The notes below the pieces were generated by a model. The model had not been told where the DNA came from. It made no database searches and was given only the letters and a program-made list of their open reading frames with translations. A program made the position numbers and the translations under genes. Of a DNA stretch of 64,000 nucleotides, positions 9,436 through 19,884 are shown piece by piece. The DNA is from Patescibacteria group bacterium. Its GTDB lineage: Bacteria > Patescibacteriota > CPR2 > UBA1875 > CAIMLA01. Position 1 is the first letter of the stretch, and each line of letters begins with the position of its first letter. Where the stretch lies: positions 65,203-129,202 of the forward strand of contig JBGSPL010000004.1 in assembly GCA_041738615.1 (NCBI GenBank). The letters run 5' to 3'.

Positions 9436-9533
9436 CGACAAAAATGAAGTTTTTGTCGGAAGAGGAGGAATCGCGGCAGGATGAAGACGTTGAATTTCTT
9501 CAATCGTCGGAATCCGAAAGCGGATTCCGACGT
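9430..9533 (+). repeat. tRNA-leader structured element, copy C
   Basis: GGGACC-hairpin-AAGAGGA-[GGAATC...GATTCC]-GACG, ending at the tRNA-Thr 5' end. Confidence 0.7.
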
Positions 9534-9608
9534 GCCGATGTAGCTCAGGGGTAGAGCAGCACTTTCGTAAAGTGTTGGTCGGTGGTTCGATTCCACTCAT
9601 CGGCTCCA
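9534..9608 (+). tRNA. tRNA-Thr (CGT)
   Basis: Cloverleaf; loop TTCGTAA; ends TCCA (U73). Confidence 0.96.
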
Positions 9609-9647
9609 GTAATATCATTTGAAGTTGGATTGGAATATAATACAGAT

Positions 9648-10043
9648 ATGTCGAAGCTTACGAAATTATTTGAAAAGTATCGGACAAAAGCAATCCATGA
9701 TTTTGGGACTTCTTTTTATCATGATCCTGTGATGTTAGGGATGGCCTCTCTATTTGTGGTGCAATTAGTTTCATTACTGCTACTCCTAATATTCCGTGTG
9801 CAACCCGGGTCCGTTGTGCCACTTACCTACAATGTAGTTTACGGGGTTACCTATTCGTCTACATGGTTTGGGCCGTATTATTATCTTCTAGCTCTTGCTG
9901 GTTTTGGAGTGATCAACTATCTGATTGCATGGGCTTACTTTGACAAGGAGCGCCTGCTTTCTTACCTGATTGCGTGCGTGAACATCTTACTAGCGGCACT
10001 GATGATCTTATACATCTTTAACCTTACCGCCCTGGTCTCGTAA
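9648..10043 (+). CDS. Hypothetical 3-TM membrane protein
   Basis: ATG at 9648 (the ORF-track start lies inside the tRNA); TAATG coupling to the GT2 gene. Confidence 0.75.
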   Translation: MSKLTKLFEKYRTKAIHDFGTSFYHDPVMLGMASLFVVQLVSLLLLLIFRVQPGSVVPLTYNVVYGVTYSSTWFGPYYYLLALAGFGVINYLIAWAYFDKERLLSYLIACVNILLAALMILYIFNLTALVS

Positions 10044-11671
10044 TGAAGAAAGACCTTGTAGATAACCGAGTATTTACCCGATTTTTGGAGATTGCGCCCG
10101 GCTTTGTGGCGCTTTCTTACCTTATTCTACCTTTTCTATTGGCTCCGACTTTCCCTATAGTAGTCGCGTATTTCATCTTGGCTTTTAACTTTTACTGGTT
10201 TATAAAGGCCATAAATATCATGAGGCATATGATAAACGGTTTTAGGCACATGTGGCACGATATGAAGGTGGATTTTCTGTCTCGCGCCAAGTTGGCCACG
10301 AGTAATCCCGCCAAGCTAGAAAAGGAGCTGCGGGATAAGTACGAGAAGAGCAACAATCGTCTGGATTATTTGGACTGGTTGGAGTTTTCGCATCTCGAGG
10401 GTAGATACGACAACATCAAAAACTGGGAAGACGTCTATCAAGTTGTCTTTGTTACTAACTATCAGGAAGAGTATTACATCACGGAATCTACTTTTCAGGC
10501 ACTGAAGGACTCTAATTTTCCGAACGATAGAATCATCGTGGTATCCTGCGGCGAAAAGCGTGATGAAGAAAACTACCTTCAGGTCCAGGCCGAGATCGAA
10601 AAGAATTTTGGCGGGGTATTCCGCGACATGCATTTCTACATGCACGATGTAATGCCGGATGAGGTCATCGGCAAAGGTGGAAATCTCTACTCAGCCATGA
10701 CTAAATTCTACAAGGTATTTAAGGAAAAATATTCTGACGTTCGTCCTGAGAACGTGATTTGCACGACCCTCGACGGAGACCATATCCCGCACAAGGAGTA
10801 CTTTGCAGAGATCACCTATAAGCACATCATCGATCCCGACCGCGATCGAAAGACCTACCAGCCAAATATACTAATGTTCAACAATATTTGGGACGCTCCG
10901 TCTCCAAGCCGAGTGTTAGCGGTAGCTTCTAGTTTTTGGCAGATGGTGGAGTCGATGCGACCTTACCGTTTGCGTACATTTGCTTCCCACTCGCAGAGCC
11001 TAGCTACGCTAATCACTACAGATTTTGTATCGCGATATACAATCGTTGAGGATGGCCACCAGTATTGGCGCACCTACTTTGCATTTAACGGAAATCACGA
11101 GATGATGCCGATATATGTTCCGATTTATCACGACACAGTACTGGGGAACAACTTCTGGGAGACGCTCAAGAATCAATACAAACAGCGCCGCCGCTGGGCT
11201 TGGGGCATCTCGGACTTTCCATTTATCATCAAAAACTATATGCGCCACCCAGAAATCCCTTTTTGGGAGAAGTTTATACAGACCTACCGCCATGTCGCAG
11301 GGCACATCTCTTGGTCCACCTCGTCTTTCCTACTGGCCTTTGCCTGGATACCCCTCCTTTTTAACAGTTCTTTTCAAGACACAGTGCTTGCACATAATGT
11401 ATCTATCTATAGCTCGATGATGCTCAAACTGGCCTGGATTGCGGTCTTTGCCAACGCCTGGCTCTACTTCCTGCTTCTGCCACCGCTACCAAAGCGCTTC
11501 GAGAAAACGCGAGTTCTGCGCTATGCCGGAATGGTCTTCCAGTGGGCGATTGCTCCCTTTGTACCGATATTACTTTCATCATTACCTGCCCTAGAGTCGC
11601 AGATTCGGTTAATGTTTGGGCAAAGCCTAAATGTTTTTTGGACGACACCGAAGGTCCGCGGCAGGGACTAG
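10043..11671 (+). CDS. Membrane glycosyltransferase family 2 (processive type)
   Basis: GKGGN, TLDGD, VED and QRRRWAWG motifs; N- and C-terminal TM helices. Confidence 0.85.
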   Translation: MKKDLVDNRVFTRFLEIAPGFVALSYLILPFLLAPTFPIVVAYFILAFNFYWFIKAINIMRHMINGFRHMWHDMKVDFLSRAKLATSNPAKLEKELRDKYEKSNNRLDYLDWLEFSHLEGRYDNIKNWEDVYQVVFVTNYQEEYYITESTFQALKDSNFPNDRIIVVSCGEKRDEENYLQVQAEIEKNFGGVFRDMHFYMHDVMPDEVIGKGGNLYSAMTKFYKVFKEKYSDVRPENVICTTLDGDHIPHKEYFAEITYKHIIDPDRDRKTYQPNILMFNNIWDAPSPSRVLAVASSFWQMVESMRPYRLRTFASHSQSLATLITTDFVSRYTIVEDGHQYWRTYFAFNGNHEMMPIYVPIYHDTVLGNNFWETLKNQYKQRRRWAWGISDFPFIIKNYMRHPEIPFWEKFIQTYRHVAGHISWSTSSFLLAFAWIPLLFNSSFQDTVLAHNVSIYSSMMLKLAWIAVFANAWLYFLLLPPLPKRFEKTRVLRYAGMVFQWAIAPFVPILLSSLPALESQIRLMFGQSLNVFWTTPKVRGRD

Positions 11672-11724
11672 CTGGAACTAAAAATAGCTACTGATTCCTT
11701 TGCAATCAGTGGTACAATATAGTC

Positions 11725-12057
11725 ATGGATGAGAGAAACTTTTCTAATATTTTTCGCAAAGCTACCGGGCACTTTTTTTGCCCGGCTTGTGGTAGTAAAT
11801 ACAGCGGGACCGAGATTGAATCTATCGAAAGACATGAACAGGGATATTTAGTATCCGTAGCTTGTGCCAGCTGTAAGCTAAAGCTCTCGATGCAGGTGGT
11901 GACAAAAGGCTTTGGACCAGCCGCAGAAAGCACAGACTTCGACGATGCTGACATTTCGGTGGACGAGATTATCGATTTTCATGAAAGACTAAAAACCTTT
12001 GATGGTAATTTTAGGCGAGTTTTTACCTCTAGGATTGACCAAAACCGCTTATTTTGA
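11725..12057 (+). CDS. Zn-ribbon hypothetical protein
   Basis: CPAC...CASC; C-terminal ISVDEIIDFH..L..FDG. Confidence 0.7.
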   Translation: MDERNFSNIFRKATGHFFCPACGSKYSGTEIESIERHEQGYLVSVACASCKLKLSMQVVTKGFGPAAESTDFDDADISVDEIIDFHERLKTFDGNFRRVFTSRIDQNRLF

Positions 12058-12158
12058 TAGAATGAGTCAGCTGAAGTGTAACTTCGGCTTATTTCTTAGC
12101 TTAGAATTTACTTTATAAACATCACACTTTATAGCTGAAGTGACCGGAAGGAACGATA

Positions 12159-12848
12159 ATGGGCGAAAAAGAGAAACTAGTTGCAAAAGAGAGAACTGTT
12201 AAGGGTAAGCAAGTACGAGCACTCAGAAATGCCGGGCTTACACCTGTTGTAATCTATGGTAACGATCGTAAACCAGTAGCGCTAGAGGTGAATTCACACG
12301 ACTTCGCATTGCTTTATCGTAAGGCTGGAGGTAACACCATCGTGGCTATGGATATCGAAAAAGAAGACGGCACTAAAGAGCGCAAGAACGTACTGATTCA
12401 CGAAGTTGCGATTGATGGTGTCAAGGGACACATCCTTCATGCTGATCTTTTGCAGATCAACATGAAAGAGAAGCTTACAACAAATATTCCGCTGAAGTTC
12501 GTAGGTGATTCCCTGGCAGTTATCGACTTGCAGGGTTCACTCCTCGAGGCTCTAGACGAGATTGAAGTAGAGTGTCTGCCATCTGACCTTCCTCACGAAA
12601 TCGAGGTTGACCTTGCATCTCTTGTAGACTTCGACGCCGTGATTCACGTTTCTGACATTGTGGTACCCGAGGGTGTCACCGTTCTTACCGACCCAGAGGC
12701 TACCGTAGCTCACGTAGAGGCTCCACGTAGTGACGAAGAGCTCGAAGAGCTAGAGGAAACCCCGGAGGCCCCAGAAGCACCAGAGAGCGAGCATGGTGAA
12801 GCCGAGGAGGCCACAGAGACAACTGAAGGCGAAGCAAAAGCCGAATAG
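12159..12848 (+). CDS. rplY: 50S ribosomal protein L25/Ctc
   Basis: GKQVRALR..G..P.VIYG, HAD and LPHEIEVD motifs; acidic tail. Confidence 0.95.
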   Translation: MGEKEKLVAKERTVKGKQVRALRNAGLTPVVIYGNDRKPVALEVNSHDFALLYRKAGGNTIVAMDIEKEDGTKERKNVLIHEVAIDGVKGHILHADLLQINMKEKLTTNIPLKFVGDSLAVIDLQGSLLEALDEIEVECLPSDLPHEIEVDLASLVDFDAVIHVSDIVVPEGVTVLTDPEATVAHVEAPRSDEELEELEETPEAPEAPESEHGEAEEATETTEGEAKAE

Positions 12849-12862
12849 CAGAGATTTGATAC

Positions 12863-12893
12863 AAAACCGCCCCTATACACTGGGGCGGTTTTT
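12863..12893 (+). terminator. Intrinsic terminator
   Basis: aaaaccgcccc...ggggcggttttt. Confidence 0.75.
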
Positions 12894-12910
12894 GATTATA
12901 ATTATTCGTA

Positions 12911-13984
12911 ATGAAACTATCTCTACCAAATCTCCGCCAAATCAAGGGATTTCTATACAAATACCGCATAAGTGTGGCGATTATCTTCGTGGCCCTTGTT
13001 GTAGCCGGAGGGGCTACAGGATATGGGTTAACCAGAAATATCTCAGTTGATTTCGGACCGCTGAAACTCAAAGAGAAGGTGGAGACTAGGGTCCCAGCAC
13101 CGCTCACCGGTGAGCTCGTGGATCCAGCAGTAATCACAAAACGCCCAATCGCTGTGGTTATCGAGAACCATCCAGACGCAAGGCCACAGAGCGGTTACAA
13201 CGACGCTGACATTGTCTATGAGACCCTAGCCGAAGGTGGGATTACTCGCACTTTGGCAATTTTCCAGTCCAAGAGCAGTACCGAGATTGGGCCGGTTCGT
13301 TCGGCTAGGTCGTATTTTGTAGACTGGCTGACCGCCTACGGGGCACTTTTTGGTCATGTCGGTGGTAATGCTGACGCACTTGATTTGGTTTCGCAGATAG
13401 GGGTCGCTGATCTTAACCAATTCTACAACGGAGGAAACTATTGGCGCTCCGCTGATCGATACGCCCCTCACAATGTCTATACAACCACAGACAAACTCTA
13501 TGCAGCCGCCAAGGCAAACAATCTCTCAACTTCGGCGATAGTTGCGGGGCTCAAGTTCAAGAAAGATGTTGCCGAGAAGGATCGTCCGGCAAGCCAGGAT
13601 GTCAACATTGAGTTTTCATATGACGATTTCACTGCGGGCTACAGCTATGTGCCCAAAACCAATACGTATTTGCGCTCAAACGGAGGTGTGGCTGCCAAGG
13701 ACAAGAACACGGGCGCGCAGATTGCACCCAAGAACGTCATCGTAGAATTCACCTCCATCGTGCCTTATATAAACTACGCTGCAGAGCAGGGAGTGCGAAT
13801 TACGGATATTGGAAGCGGTTCGGGATACCTTTTTCAGGACGGCAAGACGACGAAGATTACTTGGACGAAGAGCTCAAGAGAAGCGCGGACAAAGTATGTT
13901 GACGAAACTGGCAAGGAAATTGAGCTTAATCCTGGGCAAACCTGGATTGAGGTAGTCCCTACCGGAAATAGTGTGACTTTCTAA
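12911..13984 (+). CDS. DUF3048 domain protein
   Basis: RPIAVVIENHPDARPQSG, EGGITR, GPVRSAR and APHN motifs. Confidence 0.9.
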   Translation: MKLSLPNLRQIKGFLYKYRISVAIIFVALVVAGGATGYGLTRNISVDFGPLKLKEKVETRVPAPLTGELVDPAVITKRPIAVVIENHPDARPQSGYNDADIVYETLAEGGITRTLAIFQSKSSTEIGPVRSARSYFVDWLTAYGALFGHVGGNADALDLVSQIGVADLNQFYNGGNYWRSADRYAPHNVYTTTDKLYAAAKANNLSTSAIVAGLKFKKDVAEKDRPASQDVNIEFSYDDFTAGYSYVPKTNTYLRSNGGVAAKDKNTGAQIAPKNVIVEFTSIVPYINYAAEQGVRITDIGSGSGYLFQDGKTTKITWTKSSREARTKYVDETGKEIELNPGQTWIEVVPTGNSVTF

Positions 13985-13985
13985 C

Positions 13986-15413
13986 ATGAATAAATATTCA
14001 CTCAAACAGATAGAACGTAAATTCAGCATCCCAGTGCGCAAACTGACCTACTTAATACGCAAGGACCTTCTGGAGCCAGTGGTAGATGAGGGGCACCTGC
14101 TTATATCAGAAGGTGAAATCAAGCGATACTTGTCACTCTCCAATGACGTTAAGCGCAAGCATCAGGATTCCTTTCTAAAAACTTTGGGCCCAGGCATAAT
14201 CACTGGAGCCTCGGACGATGACCCGTCTGGTATCGGTACTTACTCTTCTGTGGGTGCGCAGTATGGGTTGGGGCTTACCTGGCTTTCACTTTACCTGCTA
14301 CCAATGAATACAGCAGTGCAAGAAACCGTAGCCCGTATTGGCATTGTTACCGGCAAGGGTCTCGCAGGCGTTATTGGGAAGCATTATAGCAAAAAGATTC
14401 TTTATGTTTTGATTTCACTGCTCGTGATTGCGAATACTATCAATATTGGTGCCGACATTGGGGCTATGGTGGCCTCATTCCAGTTGCTCGTTCCGATAAA
14501 CTTTGTGCTGGGTGCCGTGGCGCTAACAGTGAGCATGTTGCTTCTAGAAGTGCTGTTTTCCTATCATCGCTATGCCAAGATACTCAAATGGCTCACCGTT
14601 TCACTATTTGCCTACATTATCACTGGTATCATCATTCACCCAGATTGGATTGCAGTGGGCACCAGCATGGTACTGCCAAAGATAATTCTAGATACTTCAT
14701 TCTTGGCCGCCCTTGTGGCTGTGATGGGGACCACCATCTCTCCATATCTCTTTTTTTGGCAAGCCTCAGAGGAAGTAGAGGAAGAGCGGGATAAGGGAGT
14801 GCTGGCCGATCATCATGTGCTTGCATATCGTAGGGAAATTAAGGCGATGCGCAAGGATACATTTACCGGTATGGCTTATGCGAATGTAGTATTTCTTTTT
14901 ATCGTGATTACAACAGCTTTTGTCCTGAACGCTAATGGGATTACCCATATAGATTCAGCCGCAGAAGCAGCCATGGCCCTAAAGCCGCTCGCGGGCGATT
15001 TTGCATATCTTCTCTTCACTATCGGCATCTTTGGTGTTGGTTTGCTTGCCGTTCCGGTACTTGCCGGTTCTTCGGCCTACGCAATTTCTGAAGTTTTGGG
15101 TTGGAAAGAAGGTCTAAATAAAAAGTACAGCAAAGCCAAGGGTTTTTATGGGGTAATTATCGCTTCTATGCTTGTAGGCCTTGCGATCAACTTTATCGGC
15201 ATTAATCCGATAAAAGCGCTTTACTATGCAGCGATTGTAAACGGGCTGGCTTCGCCGATGCTCATGTATTTCATCTTCAAGATTGGCCGTAACCAGAAAG
15301 TTATGGGAGAGTTCACTAGTCCTAGGTGGGTAAACTTCTGGGGAAATATCGCTACCGTTCTGATGGGAGTTTCTGCCGTTACCCTGATTATATTTTCTTT
15401 GCTAGGGATATAA
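13986..15413 (+). CDS. Nramp-family divalent metal transporter with extra N-terminal HTH-like domain
   Basis: GPGIITGASDDDPSGIGTYS and GTTISPYLFFWQ; ~11 TM helices; ~55-aa soluble N-terminal extension. Confidence 0.88.
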   Translation: MNKYSLKQIERKFSIPVRKLTYLIRKDLLEPVVDEGHLLISEGEIKRYLSLSNDVKRKHQDSFLKTLGPGIITGASDDDPSGIGTYSSVGAQYGLGLTWLSLYLLPMNTAVQETVARIGIVTGKGLAGVIGKHYSKKILYVLISLLVIANTINIGADIGAMVASFQLLVPINFVLGAVALTVSMLLLEVLFSYHRYAKILKWLTVSLFAYIITGIIIHPDWIAVGTSMVLPKIILDTSFLAALVAVMGTTISPYLFFWQASEEVEEERDKGVLADHHVLAYRREIKAMRKDTFTGMAYANVVFLFIVITTAFVLNANGITHIDSAAEAAMALKPLAGDFAYLLFTIGIFGVGLLAVPVLAGSSAYAISEVLGWKEGLNKKYSKAKGFYGVIIASMLVGLAINFIGINPIKALYYAAIVNGLASPMLMYFIFKIGRNQKVMGEFTSPRWVNFWGNIATVLMGVSAVTLIIFSLLGI

Positions 15414-15414
15414 G

Positions 15415-16152
15415 ATGATTGGTATCTTTGACTCTGGTGTTGGTGGTCTATCCATATATTGTGAGCTCAAGAAGCTAGCTCCACAGCTTTCAATCGTTTA
15501 CTTTGCCGACAGCGCCAATTTTCCCTATGGGGAGAAGACCCAGGCGGAATTGCTTGCAGTGTCCTCGTCTGCTACAGAGCGATTGATCTCGATGGGAGTG
15601 GGTACGATCGTAGTAGCTTGCAATAGTGCCACGGTTTCGACTATCGCGGAACTCAGGGAGCGATATCCTAAGGTTGCCTTTATCGGAGTGGAGCCTGCAA
15701 TCAAAGTAGCAACAGAACAGCTCAAGTCTAAGAGCATTGGCCTTTTAGCCACGAAGAAAACCGTAGTTACGCATGATTCAGACAAGCTGGCTGCTGGGGG
15801 GCAAGTATATAGGCATTGGGATTCGGCCCTGATTGATAGAATTGAAAATCATTTTCACGAGATTACAAGGCAGGATTTACAGATTGCAACGTTGCCCCTC
15901 ATACAGAAACGGGTAGATACTATTGTGCTCGGGTGTACCCATTTTTACTTTGTGAAAGAACGTTTTATACATGAGTTTCCTGAGCTCTCATTTGTGGAAG
16001 CAGCGGAGGCTGTAGCGAAGAGGGCACTGAATATTGGGGGAGTAGATAGCGAAGACCAAGTAATATTCCTCGTGTCTGGAGACCAAGCGAGGTTTACTGA
16101 TTTTGTAGAAAATGTAGTAGGATATAAGCATGCAGATATCAGAAAAGTATAA
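15415..16152 (+). CDS. murI: Glutamate racemase
   Basis: IGIFDSGVGG, PYG, ACNS and LGCTHF. Confidence 0.95.
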   Translation: MIGIFDSGVGGLSIYCELKKLAPQLSIVYFADSANFPYGEKTQAELLAVSSSATERLISMGVGTIVVACNSATVSTIAELRERYPKVAFIGVEPAIKVATEQLKSKSIGLLATKKTVVTHDSDKLAAGGQVYRHWDSALIDRIENHFHEITRQDLQIATLPLIQKRVDTIVLGCTHFYFVKERFIHEFPELSFVEAAEAVAKRALNIGGVDSEDQVIFLVSGDQARFTDFVENVVGYKHADIRKV

Positions 16153-17491
16153 AGACAAGCGGGTTTGTGTCCTCGGTTTTGGCGCCGAAGGGCAGGCGAC
16201 CTTTGAGTACCTGAAGCAGCATGAGATAGCTGCAGCGATTTGTGACGCATTGCCGGAAGAGGAATTTGCTACAAAACATCCAGAGTATGTAAATGAGAAA
16301 CTCCACCTGGGTGGTGGTTATATCCAGCAGTCAGTGAAGTACGATGTTGTCTTCAAGACCCCCGGGATATCTCCTTTGCGGGCGGAGCTGGTTGCGGCTA
16401 CTGAACGCGGAGTGGTGGTTACTAGTCAACTCCAGGAATTCCTTGAGCTCTGTCCTTGCCCAGTAATCGGCGTGACGGGGACCAAAGGTAAGGGAACTAC
16501 CTCGACAATCATTCACGATTGTCTACTTGCCGCCGGTCAGGATGTTTACTTCGGCGGGAATATTGGGAACCCAGCGATTTCTTTTCTGGATGATCTCAAT
16601 GATATCTCGACGGTAGTACTGGAACTTTCCTCTTTCCAGTTGCAAGTACTTACCAAGAGTCCGCAGATTGCAGTGCTACTCAATGTGACTAGTGAGCACC
16701 TCGACTACCACGAGGATACCTCGGAGTATAGGGACGCAAAGATTAATATACTTAGATTTCAAGATCCTGCAGATACGGCTATCATCAACGCAGATTATGA
16801 AGTACCACAAGAGATGGCTAGCCAGGGATCGGCAGGCAAGCTATATTTCAGTAAAGAGAAGGCTGTTAGGGGTTGTTACGTCGATAGCAGTGACGACATT
16901 GTCTTGGACTACGAAGGGACACATGCGGTGTTGGCAAATGCTTCGGAGATGCGACTGAGAGGTAGACATAACTTGGAAAACATAACTGCAGCGAGCCTCG
17001 CGGCCTCGGTTGCCGGAGTTCCTACCGAGACGATATCTAGGGTGATAAAGAATTTTGTCGGCCTGGAACATCGTTTGGAGCTAGTGCGTGAGGTTCAAGG
17101 CGTACGGTACTACAATGATTCATTCTCTACAGTACCGGAAACCGCGATAGCAGCGCTCGACAGCTTCCCTGAACCTATAGTACTTATCGCTGGGGGGAGC
17201 AGCAAAAATTCTGATTACACTGAGCTTGGAAAAAAGATTTCGGAGGCAAACATTCGGGGGCTTATCCTGATCGGCGCCACTGCAAAAGAAATAGAGCAGT
17301 CACTAGTCCCTGGTCTCAGCTTTCCTATCGTCCGGAATTTAGAAAACATGACTGACATTGTGATGGCAGCACGAGATGCGGCGAAGCTAGGCGATATCGT
17401 CTTACTTTCTCCTGCCTGTGCGTCCAAGGGGCTCTTCCTAAACTACAAGGATAGGGGCAACCAGTACAAGGAAGCTGTAAGAAAACTCTAA
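16130..17491 (+). CDS. murD: UDP-MurNAc-L-Ala:D-Glu ligase
   Basis: GVTGTKGKGTT, GGNIG, ELSSFQL, HLDYH, EHRLE, YNDS and LSPACAS. Confidence 0.95.
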   Translation: MQISEKYKDKRVCVLGFGAEGQATFEYLKQHEIAAAICDALPEEEFATKHPEYVNEKLHLGGGYIQQSVKYDVVFKTPGISPLRAELVAATERGVVVTSQLQEFLELCPCPVIGVTGTKGKGTTSTIIHDCLLAAGQDVYFGGNIGNPAISFLDDLNDISTVVLELSSFQLQVLTKSPQIAVLLNVTSEHLDYHEDTSEYRDAKINILRFQDPADTAIINADYEVPQEMASQGSAGKLYFSKEKAVRGCYVDSSDDIVLDYEGTHAVLANASEMRLRGRHNLENITAASLAASVAGVPTETISRVIKNFVGLEHRLELVREVQGVRYYNDSFSTVPETAIAALDSFPEPIVLIAGGSSKNSDYTELGKKISEANIRGLILIGATAKEIEQSLVPGLSFPIVRNLENMTDIVMAARDAAKLGDIVLLSPACASKGLFLNYKDRGNQYKEAVRKL

Positions 17492-17599
17492 AGTTCAAAA
17501 TATTTATACAATATAAGCACAAAGTACTAGACAAAACCGAACAATATTATTATAATGCGAATAATAATAGTTACCTTGTGGTAACAAAGTGAGGTAAAG

Positions 17600-18181
17600 A
17601 TGTACGATACATTATTTGGTTCAAAAACTCGGGTAAAGCTACTGGCACTACTACTTACTAGCTCTGGGCGTTCTTTCTACGTTCGCGAGCTCACTAGAGC
17701 AATCGAGGAGCAGATTAATTCAGTACGTAGGGAACTTTTGAATCTCAAGTCTCTGGGAATTGTAAAATCTCATGAGAAACGCGGCAAGGTCTATTATGAA
17801 GCAAATACCAAGTATGCGGCTTACCCAGAACTGAAGAAGATGTTTGAAAAGGCCGAGAAGGGTCTGGGTGCTGATGACAAGCTGGCTAGCGCACTGCGTC
17901 GAGCTGGGGATGTTCAGTATGTGGCCCTGATGGGTGCTTTCGTTGGTGATAACAGTTCTCAGGTTGATATCTTTATCGTCGGTGAGATTGACAAACGCAA
18001 GCTCAAGCCGGCACTGAACGATTTGGAGAAAGAGATCGGCCGAGAAGCAAACTATTGCATTATGGGTGAAGCAGAGTTCGAGGATCGCTCAATGCTCTTT
18101 GATCGCTTTATCACTGAGACCATGGCGAAGCCAAAGAAGGTTATCATTGATTACCTAAAGACCGCTGAAGAGGGGGAGTAA
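17600..18181 (+). CDS. Winged-helix regulator with nucleotidyltransferase-like C-domain
   Basis: LFGSKTRVKLL...YVRELTR...NSVRREL; VDIFIVG. Confidence 0.75.
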   Translation: MYDTLFGSKTRVKLLALLLTSSGRSFYVRELTRAIEEQINSVRRELLNLKSLGIVKSHEKRGKVYYEANTKYAAYPELKKMFEKAEKGLGADDKLASALRRAGDVQYVALMGAFVGDNSSQVDIFIVGEIDKRKLKPALNDLEKEIGREANYCIMGEAEFEDRSMLFDRFITETMAKPKKVIIDYLKTAEEGE

Positions 18182-19224
18182 TGGAAGAAGAGAGGGATCA
18201 TAAAGTAACGGTAGAGTTCTCCTTCGTTTCAATCTTTTGGGTTCTCGGTATCATCCTGAGTCTGTGGCTTTTCGTAAACTTACAAGACATATTGATGTCT
18301 TTGGTTTTGGCCTTCATTCTCGCTACTGCTATAGCTCCTGTCATTGACTTACTTCAAAAGAAGAAGGTTCCACGAGCAATCTCTATCACTGTTATTTACT
18401 TGCTGATACTGGGTCTTATAGTGCTGATAGCGAGACTAATATTGCCTCCACTCGCGCAGCAAATAACTGGTCTTTTCCAGAACAGAATGAGCTATATTGA
18501 TACGATTTCTGGGTATTTCGGTAGTTTTAGTGAACCGATACGCATGAACATGACTAGTGCCGTGAATAAGTTCTCTGGAACATTTACGAACCTGAACTAC
18601 TCGGGTCTCGTGACTGGTGCAAAAGATATTTTCTCTGGCCTTATCGACATAATCTTAGTTTTTGTCTTAAGCTTCTATTTTCTTCTTTCCAAAAATGGTA
18701 TCGAGAACACAATCACCCAGTACGTGCCGAAACAGCATCAGAAGAGGGTTACCTTTCTTTTTAGAAAAATCTCCAAGAAGATGAGTGCCTGGTTACAAGG
18801 TCAGGTATTTCTAGGGCTCATCATCTTTGCCGTGAATTTCGTTGGGCTTAGCATCCTGCGGGTTGATTATGCTCTTACTTTGGCAATAATCTCCGGGCTT
18901 CTCGAAGTATTACCGATTATTGGACCTTGGGTTTCTGGTGGTCTGGCCACTATCGTGGCCCTCACCATGTCGCCTATCCTAGGTCTAATCGTGGCTTCTT
19001 GGTACGTTTTGGTGCAGCAGCTAGAGAACCACATTATCGTACCTATGGTGATGAAGAAGTCACTCGGGCTCAATCCTATTGCTGTGATTCTCGCCCTACT
19101 TATTGGTGGTAAACTACTCGGGATTCTTGGTATAATTATCTCTGTGCCAGTCGCTGCCGCTATAGGTGTATTGCTGGAAGAATTTGTGAAGATTAAGGAA
19201 ACGGAGGCAACGGGTGGAAATTAG
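18181..19224 (+). CDS. AI-2E family transporter
   Basis: Multi-TM; WLQGQ, PIIGP and QQLENHIIVP motifs. Confidence 0.9.
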   Translation: MEEERDHKVTVEFSFVSIFWVLGIILSLWLFVNLQDILMSLVLAFILATAIAPVIDLLQKKKVPRAISITVIYLLILGLIVLIARLILPPLAQQITGLFQNRMSYIDTISGYFGSFSEPIRMNMTSAVNKFSGTFTNLNYSGLVTGAKDIFSGLIDIILVFVLSFYFLLSKNGIENTITQYVPKQHQKRVTFLFRKISKKMSAWLQGQVFLGLIIFAVNFVGLSILRVDYALTLAIISGLLEVLPIIGPWVSGGLATIVALTMSPILGLIVASWYVLVQQLENHIIVPMVMKKSLGLNPIAVILALLIGGKLLGILGIIISVPVAAAIGVLLEEFVKIKETEATGGN

Positions 19225-19846
19225 TTATCTCGGACAGTCGTGTTTTAAGGTTACAGGCAAGAAAATTACGGTCCTCACCGACCCATTTGATCCAGCCGTC
19301 GTCGGCATCAAGCTCGGGAAACAGGATGCAGACGTGGTAACTGTCAGTCATAACCACAAAGACCACAACAACCTCTCGGTAGTAAAGAGCGAAGAGTATT
19401 TGGTCCTAGATTCACCTGGCGAATACGAAGTAAAAGAATCTGAGTTTGTCGGTGTAGAAGCCTATCATGACGAGAACCAGGGCGCAGATCGTGGCAAGGT
19501 CACGATGTTTGCTTTTGAAGTCGACGGAATAAAGATTGCTCATCTAGGAGATGTGGGAACAGAGCTCACTAGTGCCCAGCTCGATTGTTTAGACGGCGTA
19601 GATATACTTATGCTTCCAGTAGGCGGTCACAAGCATATAGACGCCAAGATGGCGGTAAAGGTAGCAACTCAGATAGAGCCAAAGATTATCCTGCCGATGC
19701 ACTACAAGATGGTGGAAGGTTCTGAGTTTGACCCAGTTGATAACTTCTATCACGAGATGGCAGTGAAGCCTGAGCTTCAGGATAAGCTGAAAATCCAGAA
19801 GAAGGATTTACCACTAGAGCTCACAGTTGTAGCACTTAAATACTAA
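19214..19846 (+). CDS. MBL-fold metallo-hydrolase
   Basis: YLGQSCF, DP, SHNHKDH, HLGD, PVGG and PMHY. Confidence 0.9.
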   Translation: MEISYLGQSCFKVTGKKITVLTDPFDPAVVGIKLGKQDADVVTVSHNHKDHNNLSVVKSEEYLVLDSPGEYEVKESEFVGVEAYHDENQGADRGKVTMFAFEVDGIKIAHLGDVGTELTSAQLDCLDGVDILMLPVGGHKHIDAKMAVKVATQIEPKIILPMHYKMVEGSEFDPVDNFYHEMAVKPELQDKLKIQKKDLPLELTVVALKY

Positions 19847-19853
19847 ACACTTT

Positions 19854-19883
19854 AAAAACCGCCCAGAAGCCTGGGCGGTTTTT
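19854..19883. terminator. Bidirectional intrinsic terminator
   Basis: aaaaaccgcccag-aagc-ctgggcggttttt between convergent genes. Confidence 0.8.
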
Positions 19884-19884
19884 G

